A DNA stretch of 56,752 nucleotides, counting the filler, from Sluysia triapertura (lineage: Eukaryota), in the NCBI GenBank assembly GCA_046118255.1. It is 4 parts of 4 records of this genome, joined end to end, with 100 filler letters (N's around TTAATTAATTAA, not from the genome) between each part and the next. Parts side by side here need not be neighbours in the genome. Positions count along the whole stretch, not along the records: positions 30,852 to 43,983 come from JBJNIA010057656.1; positions 44,084 to 56,752 come from JBJNIA010091012.1; 2 more parts are not named here. One strand, 5' to 3'. The position numbers and the translations under genes are program-made. The stretch's first letter is position 1. The number at the start of each line of letters is the position of its first letter. Below are positions 39,070 through 52,445 of this stretch, one piece after another. The notes under the pieces were generated by a model. It made no database searches. It saw nothing but the letters and a program-made list of their open reading frames with translations, and was not told where the DNA came from.

Positions 39070-41140
39070 AATGTCTTAGTCTGAATAATCAGAAGAACAA
39101 TAATCGATCGGTAGATAATCAAGTGGAGTAAACTAAGGTATACATTGTGTAGCGGTGTTGAAAACAGGTTTCCATTTCTTTAACTGCGAATGGAGAGTGG
39201 TGAATTATGATGAATTTCATGTTGGGTATGTGACTGATTTGACGTCGAAGGTCGCGCTTTTGGTTGTTGTAGCTTTATGAAATCAAGCGTTGCTGGTTGA
39301 TTGGTGGCAAGTATAACTGGCCGATCAGCGTGAGATAACAATAGAGTAGACACAGACTCAGAAATAGAAGTAAAAAGAGATGGTGGTGGACATTACAACT
39401 AGAGATAAAGGTCGGATGAAAGATTAGATATAAACTGAATACAGATAGGGGAAGAGTAGTTTCCAAGTCTGCCGAGATGAAGCAGATTGTCATTCTTAGT
39501 GAAAGAGATTAGATTGTGATTAGTCATGTTAATCACATCTCGTAACCACCAAAAGGAAGTTGAAACGTGTCGATCATGAGTCGTGGATTCAATGACACAA
39601 GGATTTTGTTATGTAAGAAGATAAGAAAGTACGAGCGGACGGAATCTATATCTTTGTATTCCGTAAGATTAACGCCACTAATACTTTGGATGTCGCGCGA
39701 GAAATTCTTTATGCGACATCACGGAAGAATCTTAGTTTCATGTAAGGCACGTGATATGGGACTTATCAAAGAAATCAAAAGCATGTTGGAATGCTGCAAA
39801 ACGTCGTCAAATTGGTATAATAAGTCCTGCTGTGCCAACGCCCAAGATTTTGTTGACAGAAAAGATGGAAAAGTATCAGGGTGCAACGGGAGTAACAAAG
39901 CTATTGTTGTCGGATAATCTAAAGCCTTAATCAGAACCTCACAAGTTATGGCGAAATATGTAAAGTGTAGAATGGAAGAACTCTAATTTCGCAACAACAA
40001 TGGGTAATTATTTACAATTAGCGTTACTTATACGACCCCTCGTGCTACAACATATAAAGAATCCAAATTATCAGGGTGTTGGTCAAACCTCAGAGGAAAA
40101 ACATGAGTTTTGAATCGACAAGGAAAAATGTGAGTTGCGATATCGCCTTTCAACTTATTATCTGTGGAGTGGAAGTCAGAAAAAAGGCAGGGGTTATTTT
40201 TTCAAAACGGAAACAGTCAATAGATTTTCGCCTGAGTAGACATTCTAAAATAAAACAAGGTACAAGTATAATGGAAAAAAAGTAAATTCGTAAGATTATT
40301 CTTTTAATCATTATTTATAATAAATAATACAATTTTTGGAATACCTTTCTTTTTAAGAAAATGATTACTATGTAGTTTGGTATTAAGAGCGTCTCGTGAA
40401 TTGTAGAATCGTCTCAATTGTGGTCTACGACGATTCCTTTTCTGACTTAGTGAGTCCGAGTGGATAGTTCGGCTGAGGTACGTACATTTTGGAAAATGAG
40501 TTTGTACTCTGATTGACACATCTAACGTCATAACTTTTTTTACAAGAGAATGAATGAGGGTGGTTTATCGCGACCTTTCGTTTTTGGTATAACTATTGGA
40601 ATTGATTTATGTACCTTTCTATTTCGCAAGTTCTATTCCTCACTTGGTGGCGCTCTACATCAATTTACATGTACTACGAAAGTTTTGGTAGAATCCTTAA
40701 CGAATAAATTAGTATTCATAATTTTCATTACACTTCATATGGTCCTTTAAAAAGTTTACGTAATTTTGGTGAATGTCCTGGTCATGATAAGGGATATCTA
40801 TTAATACTTTATCACAAACTGGAAAAATGTGTTACTTAGCTTTTTTATCATATGTATCCTTATAATACTCTGAATAATATTTAATTTGGAGACCTGCTCG
40901 TTTCAAAGCATCTTGTAAATTTTCTCGCATTATTGTCACATTTTCCGGAATATTCGTGTATTATGTGTGGTGCCCAACCTAAATCTGCGGAAGTGTTTGA
41001 ATGTTTACCGTACATTAAATAAAAAGGGGCGAAATTAGTGGTTGGGTGAACTGAACTTGCATAAGCGAATAAAGATGGAGCAATGTATAAATCCGAATCG
41101 GATTATCTGTCATTAATATAACTTCAATAGTCGCCAACGA
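39070..41140 (-). mobile_element. Decayed Ty3/Gypsy: integrase C-terminus plus downstream extra ORF
   Basis: DLYIAPSLFAYASSVHPTTNFAPFYLMYGK, KGPYEV (GPY/F motif), basic tail RNRRRPQLRR; extra ORF begins after ttttattttAG at 40244. Confidence 0.8.
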
Positions 41141-42178
41141 CAATATAAATTTTCGTGTATCCATTTAGCAATGATCATGTTTACATACTAGTTTCTTCAA
41201 TAGCCATGTACGTATAAATATTCATAACTTTATCTGATGCTATATACATTTTATTACACTATAAATATATATATATTTTAATTAGTTCACAATCTTAAAT
41301 TTTGATTAGTATTAACTTATTACATTTTTATTACACTAATATAAACGCATCAATACAAATTAAAATAAAGTCATTGAAATATGTCGTCAATTATTCTAAA
41401 GGCTTCGTTGCTTGTACTCAAGCATGAATCTCAGCTACATTCAAATTCACTGTACAATTAAAATTACTTTACAATTTTTTAAATTTGTGAAAAAACCAAA
41501 TTAAGACCATTTAGCATACTATTTTAACTCGCAATATAAATACCTATAAATACAATATTTTAATTTCAACGATTAGCTTTTTAGTATGTTTGTAGTATAA
41601 TTTAAAACGTACCAGAAAAAATAACATCAGGTGTTTCTTAACCCCGTCCTATACAAATAATAAATTTAAAATTACTAAAGAGTTCACGTTAAACTTAAAG
41701 GTTAGATTTTTCCTAAGTTTTTAATTAATCATTGAAAATTGTCATAAAAATTTTAATTTATTGACAATACATACAAAAATTTTATAATAGGTAACAGAAA
41801 ATAAAAATAAGACATAAACATAGTATCTTAGAATAGACAATAAAAATGTTGAAAAACCTTCCACTTCCTTAGATAAGAATACGCACATACAACTTTCATA
41901 TATAGGATTAAAATATAAAGTAAATGAAAGTGATCAAATCTTTGTTGAAAACACAAAGTATTCTTAATTCCAGCTCAAGCATATAGATTTCCATAATTAC
42001 ACAATTTAAAGTTATGCGAGGGAATTCAATATTGATTTTTTAAAATATTAATCGATAAACAAATCTTTTACTGAAAAACCTACTAGAACTTAATATAATT
42101 AACATCACAAACGAAAATAAACCTAACACATTTAAATAAAAATACAATTATAACGGCACACTTGCTAATAATGTTTGC

Positions 42179-42487
42179 TCAAAAACCATATTCTTTCAAA
42201 ATATTTTCTCGTTCCGACGGAGGAGGTAAAGCAGGCACAAGACCTTTAGCTTCCCTTTCTTTTGTTATCATTTTCTACACTAACCAATAAATGAAAAAGT
42301 AAAGATTAACCCAAAATTTGCGGCATTCAAAAACATTCTTTTGATAATTTTTACATTTGGAATTATCTGAACCATATTTCTCGGAACACCGTAACGACAA
42401 TAGTTTCTCCTAGCTAACATCATTTTTAGATTATATTACCTCATAACAAGGGTCTTCATCTTTCCATATTTGTTTCTGTTTAGACAT
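42179..42487 (-). CDS. CHCHD7: CHCHD7/COX23-like mitochondrial twin-CX9C protein, 80 aa, 3 exons (42440-42487, 42311-42409, 42179-42274)
   Basis: Spliced product MSKQKQIWKDEDPCYEEKLLSLRCSEKYGSDNSKCKNYQKNVFECRKFWKMITKEREAKGLVPALPPPSERENILKEYGF: CX9C-X10-CX9C, CRKFW and G..P..P...ER..IL tail; GT-AG introns of 30 and 36 nt. Confidence 0.92.
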
Positions 42488-42759
42488 AAAATTATTTTTA
42501 CATTTAAAAAATAATGTACAATTTTAAATACTTTAAATACGAAATAAAGAACATCATTTATCACATTTTGTTAATATACAAATGAATAAAAATTAAGTCT
42601 TATATGCATGGCCTGAAAATCAAATCTTATTTTAAACAAATTTTGTTATTTAAAAAATAAGTAATTTTTTGTAGGCATAATATTGTTTAATGAATTAATT
42701 TAAATTTAATTAATTAATTTAATTTTATCTGTTGATGGACAAATAATTAAGTTATACAT

Positions 42760-43210
42760 TTTTCAAAATTTGAAATTTTTCGCGAGTCGCAATTAAATAC
42801 GTATTAAAAAATTATGCAAAAAAATCCAGATTATAAATTACATCCGTAGCAGGAGTGATCCAAATTGTTTCCTCCAGAGCACAATATCAACTGTTCGTTG
42901 CAATTGCAATGAAAGTGTACAAATTCAAAATCGGTCTGGGGTCGGTCGATCACTGATTTTTATGTTGCGTCACTGTTTATGTTCACTGTTTATGAGTCAT
43001 CATTCTTAACTTGGGCGGAAATGAAATTTGTTACAACGTTTCACTTAGTCTTCCATATTTGTTGTCAGTAATTTAAAAGACATTTTGAAACACATAATAA
43101 CATATAATAACACAAATATGAAAAAGGAACTCGGGTACATTTATCGAGGACCACAAATAATCTTTCAAAGAGCCCCATGTTGCTCGCGAGCCGTGGTTTG
43201 GCCAACCCTG
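42760..43210 (+). mobile_element. Internally deleted hAT (Charlie-like) element
   Basis: Right end gctcgcgagccgtggtttggccaaccctg followed by ttatacat (also at 42752-42759); SNLKRHFETH BED-finger-like fragment near 43070; left TIR not recognisable. Confidence 0.55.
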
Positions 43211-43769
43211 TTATACATCAACAAACTTCTTACATTAAAATAAAAATAATAAATTTAATTGAAAAATAATTGAATTCTAATGTGAAGTGTTTAATGTTCT
43301 TATTCTCAAACAGATCATTCCACAAACATTCGAAATTCACTTCAAGATCCTTCTCTCTCATAGTGTTTGGATTCACAAGTGTGTGTTAGGAAATTAGGAA
43401 GAAATACATAGAGCTATAAAAGGAAGAGAGAACTGGTATAAATTGATGGATTTAACATTATAAACACTGTCGAAAAAAAATCATGAAAATAAAATCATAA
43501 AAATTATAACAGCTAAAGAATACCTTGACATTCCAAAGAACTATGTAAGGTGTCGAGACTTTTTGGAGGCTTGAAATGTACCTGAAAAAACTTTGAAGGT
43601 ATTAGAATACCTTTGAGCTTGTGGACCTTGAGATCATCTGAGACTTTATCAACCTTTAACTATTCTTGAAACTTTGATAAAATCTTTGAGTAATATTATA
43701 AAGTGTATATAATCTTTAAAATATTTGAGAAATACAATCATTGTTCAAAATAATAAAGATAAGTTTAAC

Positions 43770-43983
43770 ATAGTAATAATTAACATGAAGAAGTAGAAAA
43801 AGGAACCAGAGAGGTGAAAACATCTAGAGCCTTCCGAACGACTTATAAACTAGTAAAAAACTTTAGAACCTTAATAAACCCTTTAAACATAGAATAGGAT
43901 TAAGTCAAATAGATTAATTAATTAAAAATCTTAATTAACTTAATTAAGAAAAAGTATGTTTTTGTGAATAACTTTTGAATGCG
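43770..43983 (+). repeat. Partial copy of the LTR-like repeat at 45607-45996
   Basis: Shared gaagtaga.aaaggaa, actttagaacct.aataa, aattaacttaatta.gaaaaagta.gtttttgtgaataac. Confidence 0.8.
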
Positions 43984-44083
43984 NNNNNNNNNNNNNNNNN
44001 NNNNNNNNNNNNNNNNNNNNNNNNNNNTTAATTAATTAANNNNNNNNNNNNNNNNNNNNNNNNNNNNNNNNNNNNNNNNNNNN
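43984..44083. other. Assembly gap with artificial TTAATTAATTAA linker
   Basis: 100-nt N block with central linker. Confidence 0.97.
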
Positions 44084-44724
44084 TAGTTTGTGTATATGTG
44101 GAGCGTTTTTAAGCGATGAATTGTGATGAACTATATGTGATGAATTATGATGAATATTATATGACGAGTTCCCAACACTTAACAAATTTGAATTATAAGC
44201 TTACGTTGATTCCGTTATATGGAATCAGAAAAATTAGATTTTACTAACTAGAATTAACTTCTAGTATGGGAAAACTTCTAGACAATTAATTTTAAGATTT
44301 TGAAGCTACAATAATAAAAATTGAACAAAATTTGAACACTTTATTAGCAAAATTAACGTATATAATAGATTAAAGAATAATTAATATAATAGTAAGTATC
44401 GAATTAGTTTGTTCAAAATCGTAATAAGATTTTATAAAATATTTTTCTCTAGATCTTTACAAGATCTAAATAAAAAGACTATTTTAAGTATATTTTACTT
44501 ATGATATTCAGTGAATATCTTGCCTTATAAAAAATTAAGCTAACGTGATCCTAAACAAATTGAATGATCCGTTCAATGTCTTGATTAATAACTGGTAACA
44601 AAATCAACTCTCGAACAAAATTAAGATTTATAAACAAATATAATTGACTCTTGAACAAAAAATTAAGATTTATAAACAAACTTTTTTGTGTGAGGTTTGT
44701 TACATTTTCATGAAGGTATTTATT

Positions 44725-44832
44725 TTTGTTTTAATCTGACATTGGTCAGATTAAAACAAACAAAATAATATTTATCAGATTAAAACAAACAAAATAATAT
44801 TTATCAGATTAAAACAAACAAAATAATATTTA
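44725..44832. repeat. Perfect 16-bp hairpin whose right arm begins a 3 x 29-bp tandem array
   Basis: tttgttttaatctgac-attg-gtcagattaaaacaaa; unit tcagattaaaacaaacaaaataatattta x3. Confidence 0.9.
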
Positions 44833-45606
44833 AAATAATAATTCATTAATAATTAAAATTCGTTTATTTTGTTTAGGATCGCGTTAAAATCAAAATAATT
44901 TTAAAATTTTAAATAATATTAACGTACTTTTAGTTTTATAAAATTCCAGAAATAATCTTTTAACAGTAAAAATCAACAATTGAATTAAAAAATCAATAAT
45001 AATGAATAATAATGTAAATAATTTAAACAAATCATCAATACTTATGTTCGCACAATAGTTATAAATAGATTTATTTTTCACACAATAGTTATCAACAGAT
45101 TTAGCACACAATAGTTATGAATAGATTTATTACCTTACACATGGATATACAGTACTTATTGATGCATCAACTTAAATTGAATATAAATCTAATCAAATAT
45201 AAAACTTATCTTCAATAATAACAGCACGCCGCACATCAATTTAATAACATCTATAGAATGACATTTTAATGGACATTAATTTTATATATACTTTTACTAC
45301 ATATGTTCATTATGATACATAGAAATTTAAGGTTTTAATGAAGAAAATTATCTATGTTGACATATTTTTCACTATTTCGGTATTCATAATACTGAAACGT
45401 ATAATTTTTTATTATGTGTGTTTCACATTCATAGGCAAACGTCAAACTCAAAGTTCTTGATTAAAATTGATTTTTAAACCATTTTAATTAAATTAATTAA
45501 TAAATGTACGTATAAATTTTTTTGTAAAACTATAGAAAATAGTGATTCTTTAATCTTCATTTTGCGACACCCTTACTTTATCATCCGACGATTCCAACTT
45601 AATCAT

Positions 45607-45996
45607 TGTTATTAATATTAAAGAAGTAGAGAAAGGAATCACAATAGTAAAGGCGAAAGTATGTAGAACACCCTGAGCAACTTATAAAGTATTAAATAAC
45701 TTTAGAACCTGAATAAGACCTTTAAACGTAAAGCAAATGCAAGTTTAAAAATAGAATAATTAATTACAATCTCAATTAACTTAATTAGGAAAAAGTACGT
45801 TTTTGTGAATAACGTTTGGATAAGCAATGTTACGTCAAAATGGTAACTAAGCATGTGTTTCTTTTAAAAAGAGACACAGATAAAAGCCTTGTTTGATTGC
45901 GTTTATGTAAGGAAAGTCTTAATATTTAGCAAAGTCAAGTTTTAATTAGAGAATGTTGAATTTTTTAATCAAAACGAGTAAGTTTCATCAATAACA
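45607..45996 (+). mobile_element. Solo-LTR-like repeat (TGTTATT...AATAACA)
   Basis: TG/CA ends with a 7-bp perfect inverted repeat; second partial copy at 43770; no TSD seen. Confidence 0.55.
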
Positions 45997-47222
45997 AACA
46001 AAGTTTTAAATGAGAAACCGATTTATAAATATCAGATTCGGACATATGAAATAAAAAAATAATGAAATAATAAAATGAAATAATAATTAATTACCTATCA
46101 ATTTCTGAAATTAAAAAATTAATTACAAAACAAATAAGTGGAACTAACCACTTATCCTGAAATCATAAAATAAATACAAATTACTTTAAAAAATAAATAA
46201 AAATCAAATAAAAACTAACTGGATGTCACCATTTTCCTAAATAAAAATTTAAATAAATAAATTAAATAACTTACGGTACACAAGCTGTAATTGGTTGATT
46301 TAATATACAAATGTAAATAGAATTCTAAAAGTTGAGTTATTACTACTTATCGTTGAAATTGTCCTTTTGATTTAAATTTACACTGATTTAATTGGCGCTA
46401 TTCGTCAATAAATCCATTATTCTTTTGTTCAATTGGTGCTCTTCGTTAAATTGATAATCGCTCAACTGGTATACTAGTGCTCGATTAATACAATGAACGT
46501 CGGAGAATAAGATATGGTCACAAAAGATCAAGACTATTACCATATTAATTGTATCAACTAAAGATTTTCGTAAGTTTGTGTTTTTAAGTTCTGTCTCTGT
46601 TAATAAACATAAAATACACTTAAAATATATCATTATACTCTTTAGTTTTCAGTTAAAGACAATTTACTTTATAAAATTATTAATTTATTTTAGAATTTAG
46701 AAATTCTAATCATAAATTGTTATTGTACAATATAGATCGGTATGCTAATAGATCTTTTGAAGAATTTAATATTACAAAACAGAACTTTATTATTACTCGG
46801 TATCTTTATTTTAATTTATTTTTATTTAATAAATCTTTGGAGACTTTAAATTTCTTTTGTATTATAATGCTGAGATTGTCTAAATAATCAGTAGAGTTGT
46901 TACGAATAAGAGAGAAAATATAAAAGAGAAATTAATTTTGAGAAAACTTAAAAAGGCTTTCAATTAAGTCGATACTATTATTGTGTCCTAATACGATAAT
47001 TGCAGATAATATTGATCAAGTTATCTGAGTTAAGTCATTTTGTAGAGATAACTTTTTAGTAAACGTTACAGAGATAAATGTTATCACAAATTTAACATAG
47101 TTACTTTGCGCATTCGTTTATATGGAAAGTCCATAACTATTCTATATTTAGATATTTTTAGGTACTGTAAAGTTAGTGCAGTAAAATATTATATGCTTTT
47201 ATTTTACTTTCAATAATATTTA

Positions 47223-47385
47223 TGTTGAAAAACAGGTCTAAAGTGCCATTTAGAATAATAATAGTATAATTGACTTAATTTGTTAGACGTGCTGATAGCT
47301 TATTGATCAGAGCATCGAACTGTACAACTATGAGGTAAGAGGTTCTGGATTCAATCCCGGTCTGTCCATTTAATGAAGTCTAATA
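47223..47385 (+). mobile_element. tRNA-bearing TG...CA element, copy C (diverged)
   Basis: tgttg...aaagtgcca...tgttagacgtgctgatagct...ccggtctgtccatttaatgaagtctaata; flanks ttta/tttg. Confidence 0.85.
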
Positions 47386-49920
47386 TTTGCCGTTCTCAAA
47401 ACATGTTCTTATAACGAAATATTTCTGACTTAGCAATTAAAAAATTAGCAGAAAATAAATTATATAAATAGAAAGAATACAATAAATTTCTTAATTTCAA
47501 TTGGTTATTACATTAATCCAGTTTATTAATAGATCTATAGGATTTCTTACAGGAATTATTTATTATTGTGTTATATTATTAATCAAAGATAAACTTTAAC
47601 ATATTAAGATAAAAATGTTGCATAAATAAATGTTGAACTTTATTATTTCATTTATAAATTTAAATTACATTTTGTACGTGTTTTGCTAAAAATCTCACAT
47701 ATTTGTAATGCACAATTTAATACACAAATATGTAAATAATTCAATGTAATTGATTTTAAATGAAATATATCGATAGTAAAACCAATTTAATAATGTTCTA
47801 ATTTTAACTATAAATTATTGATACTATTTTTAGCTTCTAAGTATATTACTAATACAGCTATTTATACGACACACAATTATTTTTTCTATCTTTACATTTT
47901 CATTGGTTGGTTAATTTATTAAATGAATAAAAACAAAGTGTACATTGTTGAAAAAATGATTTCTTGTTTTAATAAATTTTAGAATAGTTGCCAATGAAAG
48001 ACAATTTATTTAAAATGTTCCTGCCTCCGATTCAATACCAGTTTCTTTTATTATTTAATTTAGTATATATATTCCTTATCAGTGCTCATTGGTGGACTAG
48101 TTATAGTATATTGATTGTCATTGTTTTTCCATTCCTTGTGATCCAGCTAATATTGGTATTTCATCTACATTCAATGTTATTAAGACCTTTAATGGATGAT
48201 ATATATATTAAAGAAAAGCAGGTATAACAATATTTATTCTAGTGTGTCATATCGTTCTAAATTTAATTGTAAAGTGTTTTTGTATTATGTTTGTATTGTT
48301 TTAATATAATAATTACTTTGCATTACTATGACTTAATTATGGCAGATATTTGAAAATATGTTAATTTCTAAGATCCATGCGTTTACAGCTTGGTTGAATT
48401 ATCGATTGCATCTAAATGATAAAAATAAATTAAAAGATTGTTTAGTAGATTTATTCAATGGGCATAATTGGCAATATTTAACAGAGACTTTTATAGGTGC
48501 ATCTTTTGATAAAGTTGGTAATTTTACTGGGTAAGAGAAATTATTATATGAAATTTAAAGGATTTATTTAGAATTTCACAAATTCAAAAAATTGATAGAA
48601 TAAGTTGGATTGTTAAGGAATTGAAAGAATGGTAATATTTATATAACAAATATAAATTAAACTAATTGTAAAATCAATAAAATAAAAGTGAAGATTGTAA
48701 ATATAAATTTGATGAATGAAATGTGGCTTTTTAGTTTGGGTTATATTTCTTGAAATATGTGCAAATATTCAACTTTTATTACATTTCATGACATGTAAAA
48801 CGAGACAACAATGAGACAAAATAGTGATAATGGTATGCAATAGTATTTAAATAATTTTCATTAGGTAAATAGTAATTTACTAAAGATTTTATTAAATGTT
48901 TGCTTTTTGTACTTATTTTAATATTTTAAGAATCCAAAATTAATCAGTGCCAACTCCAGCGTGGAGATATCGTCCCGGTAGAGATATTTTAGTGCTACAT
49001 TCCACATATATAGATTAAGTCTAATTTTCTACAAATTAACGTATACTTTTTATTATTTCACAATAAACTACAAAATGAAGGTTAACAAAAATAACGAATA
49101 ATAAATAAGCATAAATGAATTTTTGATTATTTAATATTTAAATCTAAGTATAAATTTGCGTAACAAAATGCGCTTTTTTATGGAAACAATGTTTTCCAAA
49201 ATGGATTTTTTTTCCAGATGTTTCATTTTTGGTTCCCATTGTAAAATCCGATTAATCTTTTTTGTTATATAGTTGACTTTAAATAATTTTGTAAGTTTAG
49301 ATTTCGAAAAAGATCTGATATAAAATAACAGCTTCTGAATTTAATTTTAAAACAAATCTAAAACATCTAAGTAATATTAAAATAAAATTACTGATTATAC
49401 AATTATAATAAAATTTAAATATAATTTCTAAGTAAATCAAATAAACAAAATTATAACAAAAATGAAATTAAAAAAAATTTTAGAAATTTTGAAATAATCA
49501 AAAAGAAACGCCAAGAAATAAAAATGTAGTAGAAGAAACGTAGATCTAAGTTTGTTGTACTTAATTATCAAGTCAAAAATATTGTGGATAGAACGCAAAT
49601 AATTTTGTGATAATGAAGATATAAAGACCTATAAGATGAATGTATATGTAAATTATAGTATGGCCAAACAAATAAAGCTTACCTCATAGCGCACGATTTT
49701 ATTTTAGTTATCTAAATTTTAAACGCCTTTACTTATTCTATGTAAACGATTCTTTTAATGAAAATCACCAAACCTGAAAACTGAAAAGATAAAATCATAA
49801 TAAGATAAGATTTTTAGGCAGCATACAATTTTTAATAAAAGTTGATTCAACATAAAATTTCATAATTGAAAAATTGGATATTAAAATGATAGTCCAATTT
49901 ATGTACATTATTTAACAAAC

Positions 49921-50050
49921 TGTTGGGGGTAAAGGCCTAAAGTGCCATTTAGTATAACTGAATATAATAATCTAGGGCTGATAGCTCAATGAGTAGAGCA
50001 TCGAACTGCGCAGCGAGGTTCCGGGTCAGTCAATTTTATGGAATCTAACA
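49921..50050 (+). mobile_element. tRNA-bearing TG...CA element, copy D (internal deletions)
   Basis: tgttgggggtaaaggcctaaagtgcca...gggctgatagctca...atctaaca; flanks aaac/aaat. Confidence 0.85.
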
Positions 50051-50960
50051 AAATGCTATGTGTTAATCAGCATTTTATTACTGAAGTATTATTTACATTT
50101 ATGTTTATTTTATGGATGAAACACAATCTCCGACCTGAAAGTATTAAAAATTAAAGATATCATTGATAAGAAATATTACTCTTTAAGAGTATTAAAAAGT
50201 AATTCTAAATTTCGTCACGAAGTGATTGTCTATTTGAGAATGTGGTGAAAATTAGTTACATTTATGAAATAGAACAGTGACAGTTGTCCCTCATTTGACT
50301 TTGAAGGCTTGGAGCACTTTTACAAAATTCAAGAAAGATATGATGAACCAATATTAAAATATAAAACCAATTCAAATGTAAAACTAATTATATAGGTTTA
50401 TTAAAAATAATTTCATAGTTAATTATGTAAATTTGATAAAGTATACAAGATTATTATAATGTTATCTTGGTAAAGATTTAATGCTCTACATATCATTCAA
50501 CCATTTATCATGACTGTATTTCGTCATTAACACAACTTATATATACATAAAAACTTTATTTCAAGCGCATCATAACATATCTCAAATATGCCATCACAAA
50601 ACACCTCATCAAATCTGGTATCAAATCTGAACTATTAAAATTATGTATTTGTCAATCAAAATTAAATCTTTACTAAATTATATTAACATTACTAGGTTTC
50701 AACTTCTATAAATGATATAATCACGATTGTCATCATCTATGTTCTCTGTAAACTGTGAGCGTGTTTAAATACTTTGTTTAAATATCGGTTTTGAGAAAGA
50801 GATCCTTATTTCTTTAGCAACGGAAAAAATATTTAAGTATGGTTTTATGATTGTTGAATCCGTGATAATCGAGCATGGTGTGGTAAACAAAGAATTTATA
50901 TATTTTATTAAATAGATACAAAAAGAAAGAAGTTGTTTAAATGAACTAGAAAACTATATA

Positions 50961-51439
50961 CAGTGGTGGCCAAATTATTAGACTAAAGACCATTTTTGTG
51001 ATAAAATTTAACATTTTTCAAGGACACTATGAAACTATACATACCATTTACCGAAGTTTTCACGGAAAATGTAAAATATTGGAAAATAACTACTTTCTCC
51101 AAAAATTTCTGGTGAAAGTAAAATAATAGATAAAATTGCTGAGATCCAAAACATTCGGAAATTTTATTCATGAAGAATGATAACACAATTTACTACAAAT
51201 ATGTACAAACTGTTGTATCAGTACTTTTTTTGCCCTCCTTTGTTATCCAATAATTTCCTGATCCTTAAAGGCATGCCATGGAAATACTTGGGTCACAAGT
51301 CTTTGATCTCGTCATCGTGATGCCATACATTTATCAGCGTTTCAATAAGTTCCGTCCTAGTGAAAGAGCTTCCAGGGTAGCAAATATTAAGAAAACCAAA
51401 GAAAAACATATTTTTCTTATTTTAGTCTAATAATTTGGC
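50961..51439 (-). mobile_element. Internally deleted Tc1-like element
   Basis: TA-CAGTGGTGGCCAAATTATTAGACTAAA with inverted copy tttagtctaataatttggc at 51421-51439; minus-strand ELIETLINVWHHD...GMPLRIRKLLDNKGGQKKY* transposase C-terminus. Confidence 0.85.
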
Positions 51440-52445
51440 TATAAGGTTAACCCTCGTACTATTATTAGAATTTTAAAAAAGTTTAAAGAAGTGGAATTTT
51501 GTTCAAATGATCTACAAATCCAGTAATGTGAGAAAAAACTGGATCTGTTCCGGTTGCTATTGATATAACATTTCTTAAGCTTAATACAGAATTTCATTTA
51601 CTACTTTTTTAATAATAGTAATGCTTATTTTTTAAGTTACGTTTATTTTTTAAATTCAGTTTCAAACTTACGACCCAATCTCAGTTACTAGTCGTGATTT
51701 TATTCGGACGCATTATAAAAATTAAATTCATCTTTTTAACGATATTAACATTTTCAACAATATTAGTATTTATGTTCATATTTGTAATGATTTTGATTTT
51801 TTTACTATGTTTTAAATAACAGTAATGTTTATGTTTTAAATTATCCTAATAAACTCCACTGTTCGAATCCACCATAAGTAACTTATGTCCCGAATGCTTC
51901 ACGCAACGAGAATTACTCTATTAGTTATATTACTAGAAATTGGTATGCTCAGGGAACATAGGTTATAATGTATCGATTATAATATTTTAATAAGGTTTTC
52001 TATAAATGATTTAAAAATAAAGATTTCAGTAATCAGAGTAATAATCAATTAATAAAGAATTTAATAGCCAATATAAATAAGAATAAAATTACATACTCAA
52101 AAACAATTACCACTAAAGTATACGACGGGAAATTTTATGTGCTTGTGTATGAATGGCATTAAGTGTACTAACGATTTTGAAACTAAAGATGCTTAAAGAT
52201 ATTTAAGATAAAGCAATATTTTATAGCTTAATGATCCTGTATAAAACTGTATTGTAAAAAATTACAATATTCGATAGTAGAATTCAAAATCATGATGATA
52301 ATTTATAATTTCCTGGGTTGCTGGAATATTAAATAACTCTTGAGAACTATGAAAATTCGAAGTGAATATATTTGTTTAAGTGCACAGAATGATGTCTAGA
52401 ACTGTGTAAAATCTGAAGTTGTATGAAATGTAATTTTATAACCTT

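Noticed and set aside
39567-40750. Plus-strand ORFs here, and minus-strand ORFs 6178-6462 and 38317-38535
   Set aside because: Antisense shadows of Gypsy, Tc3-like and non-LTR coding relics.
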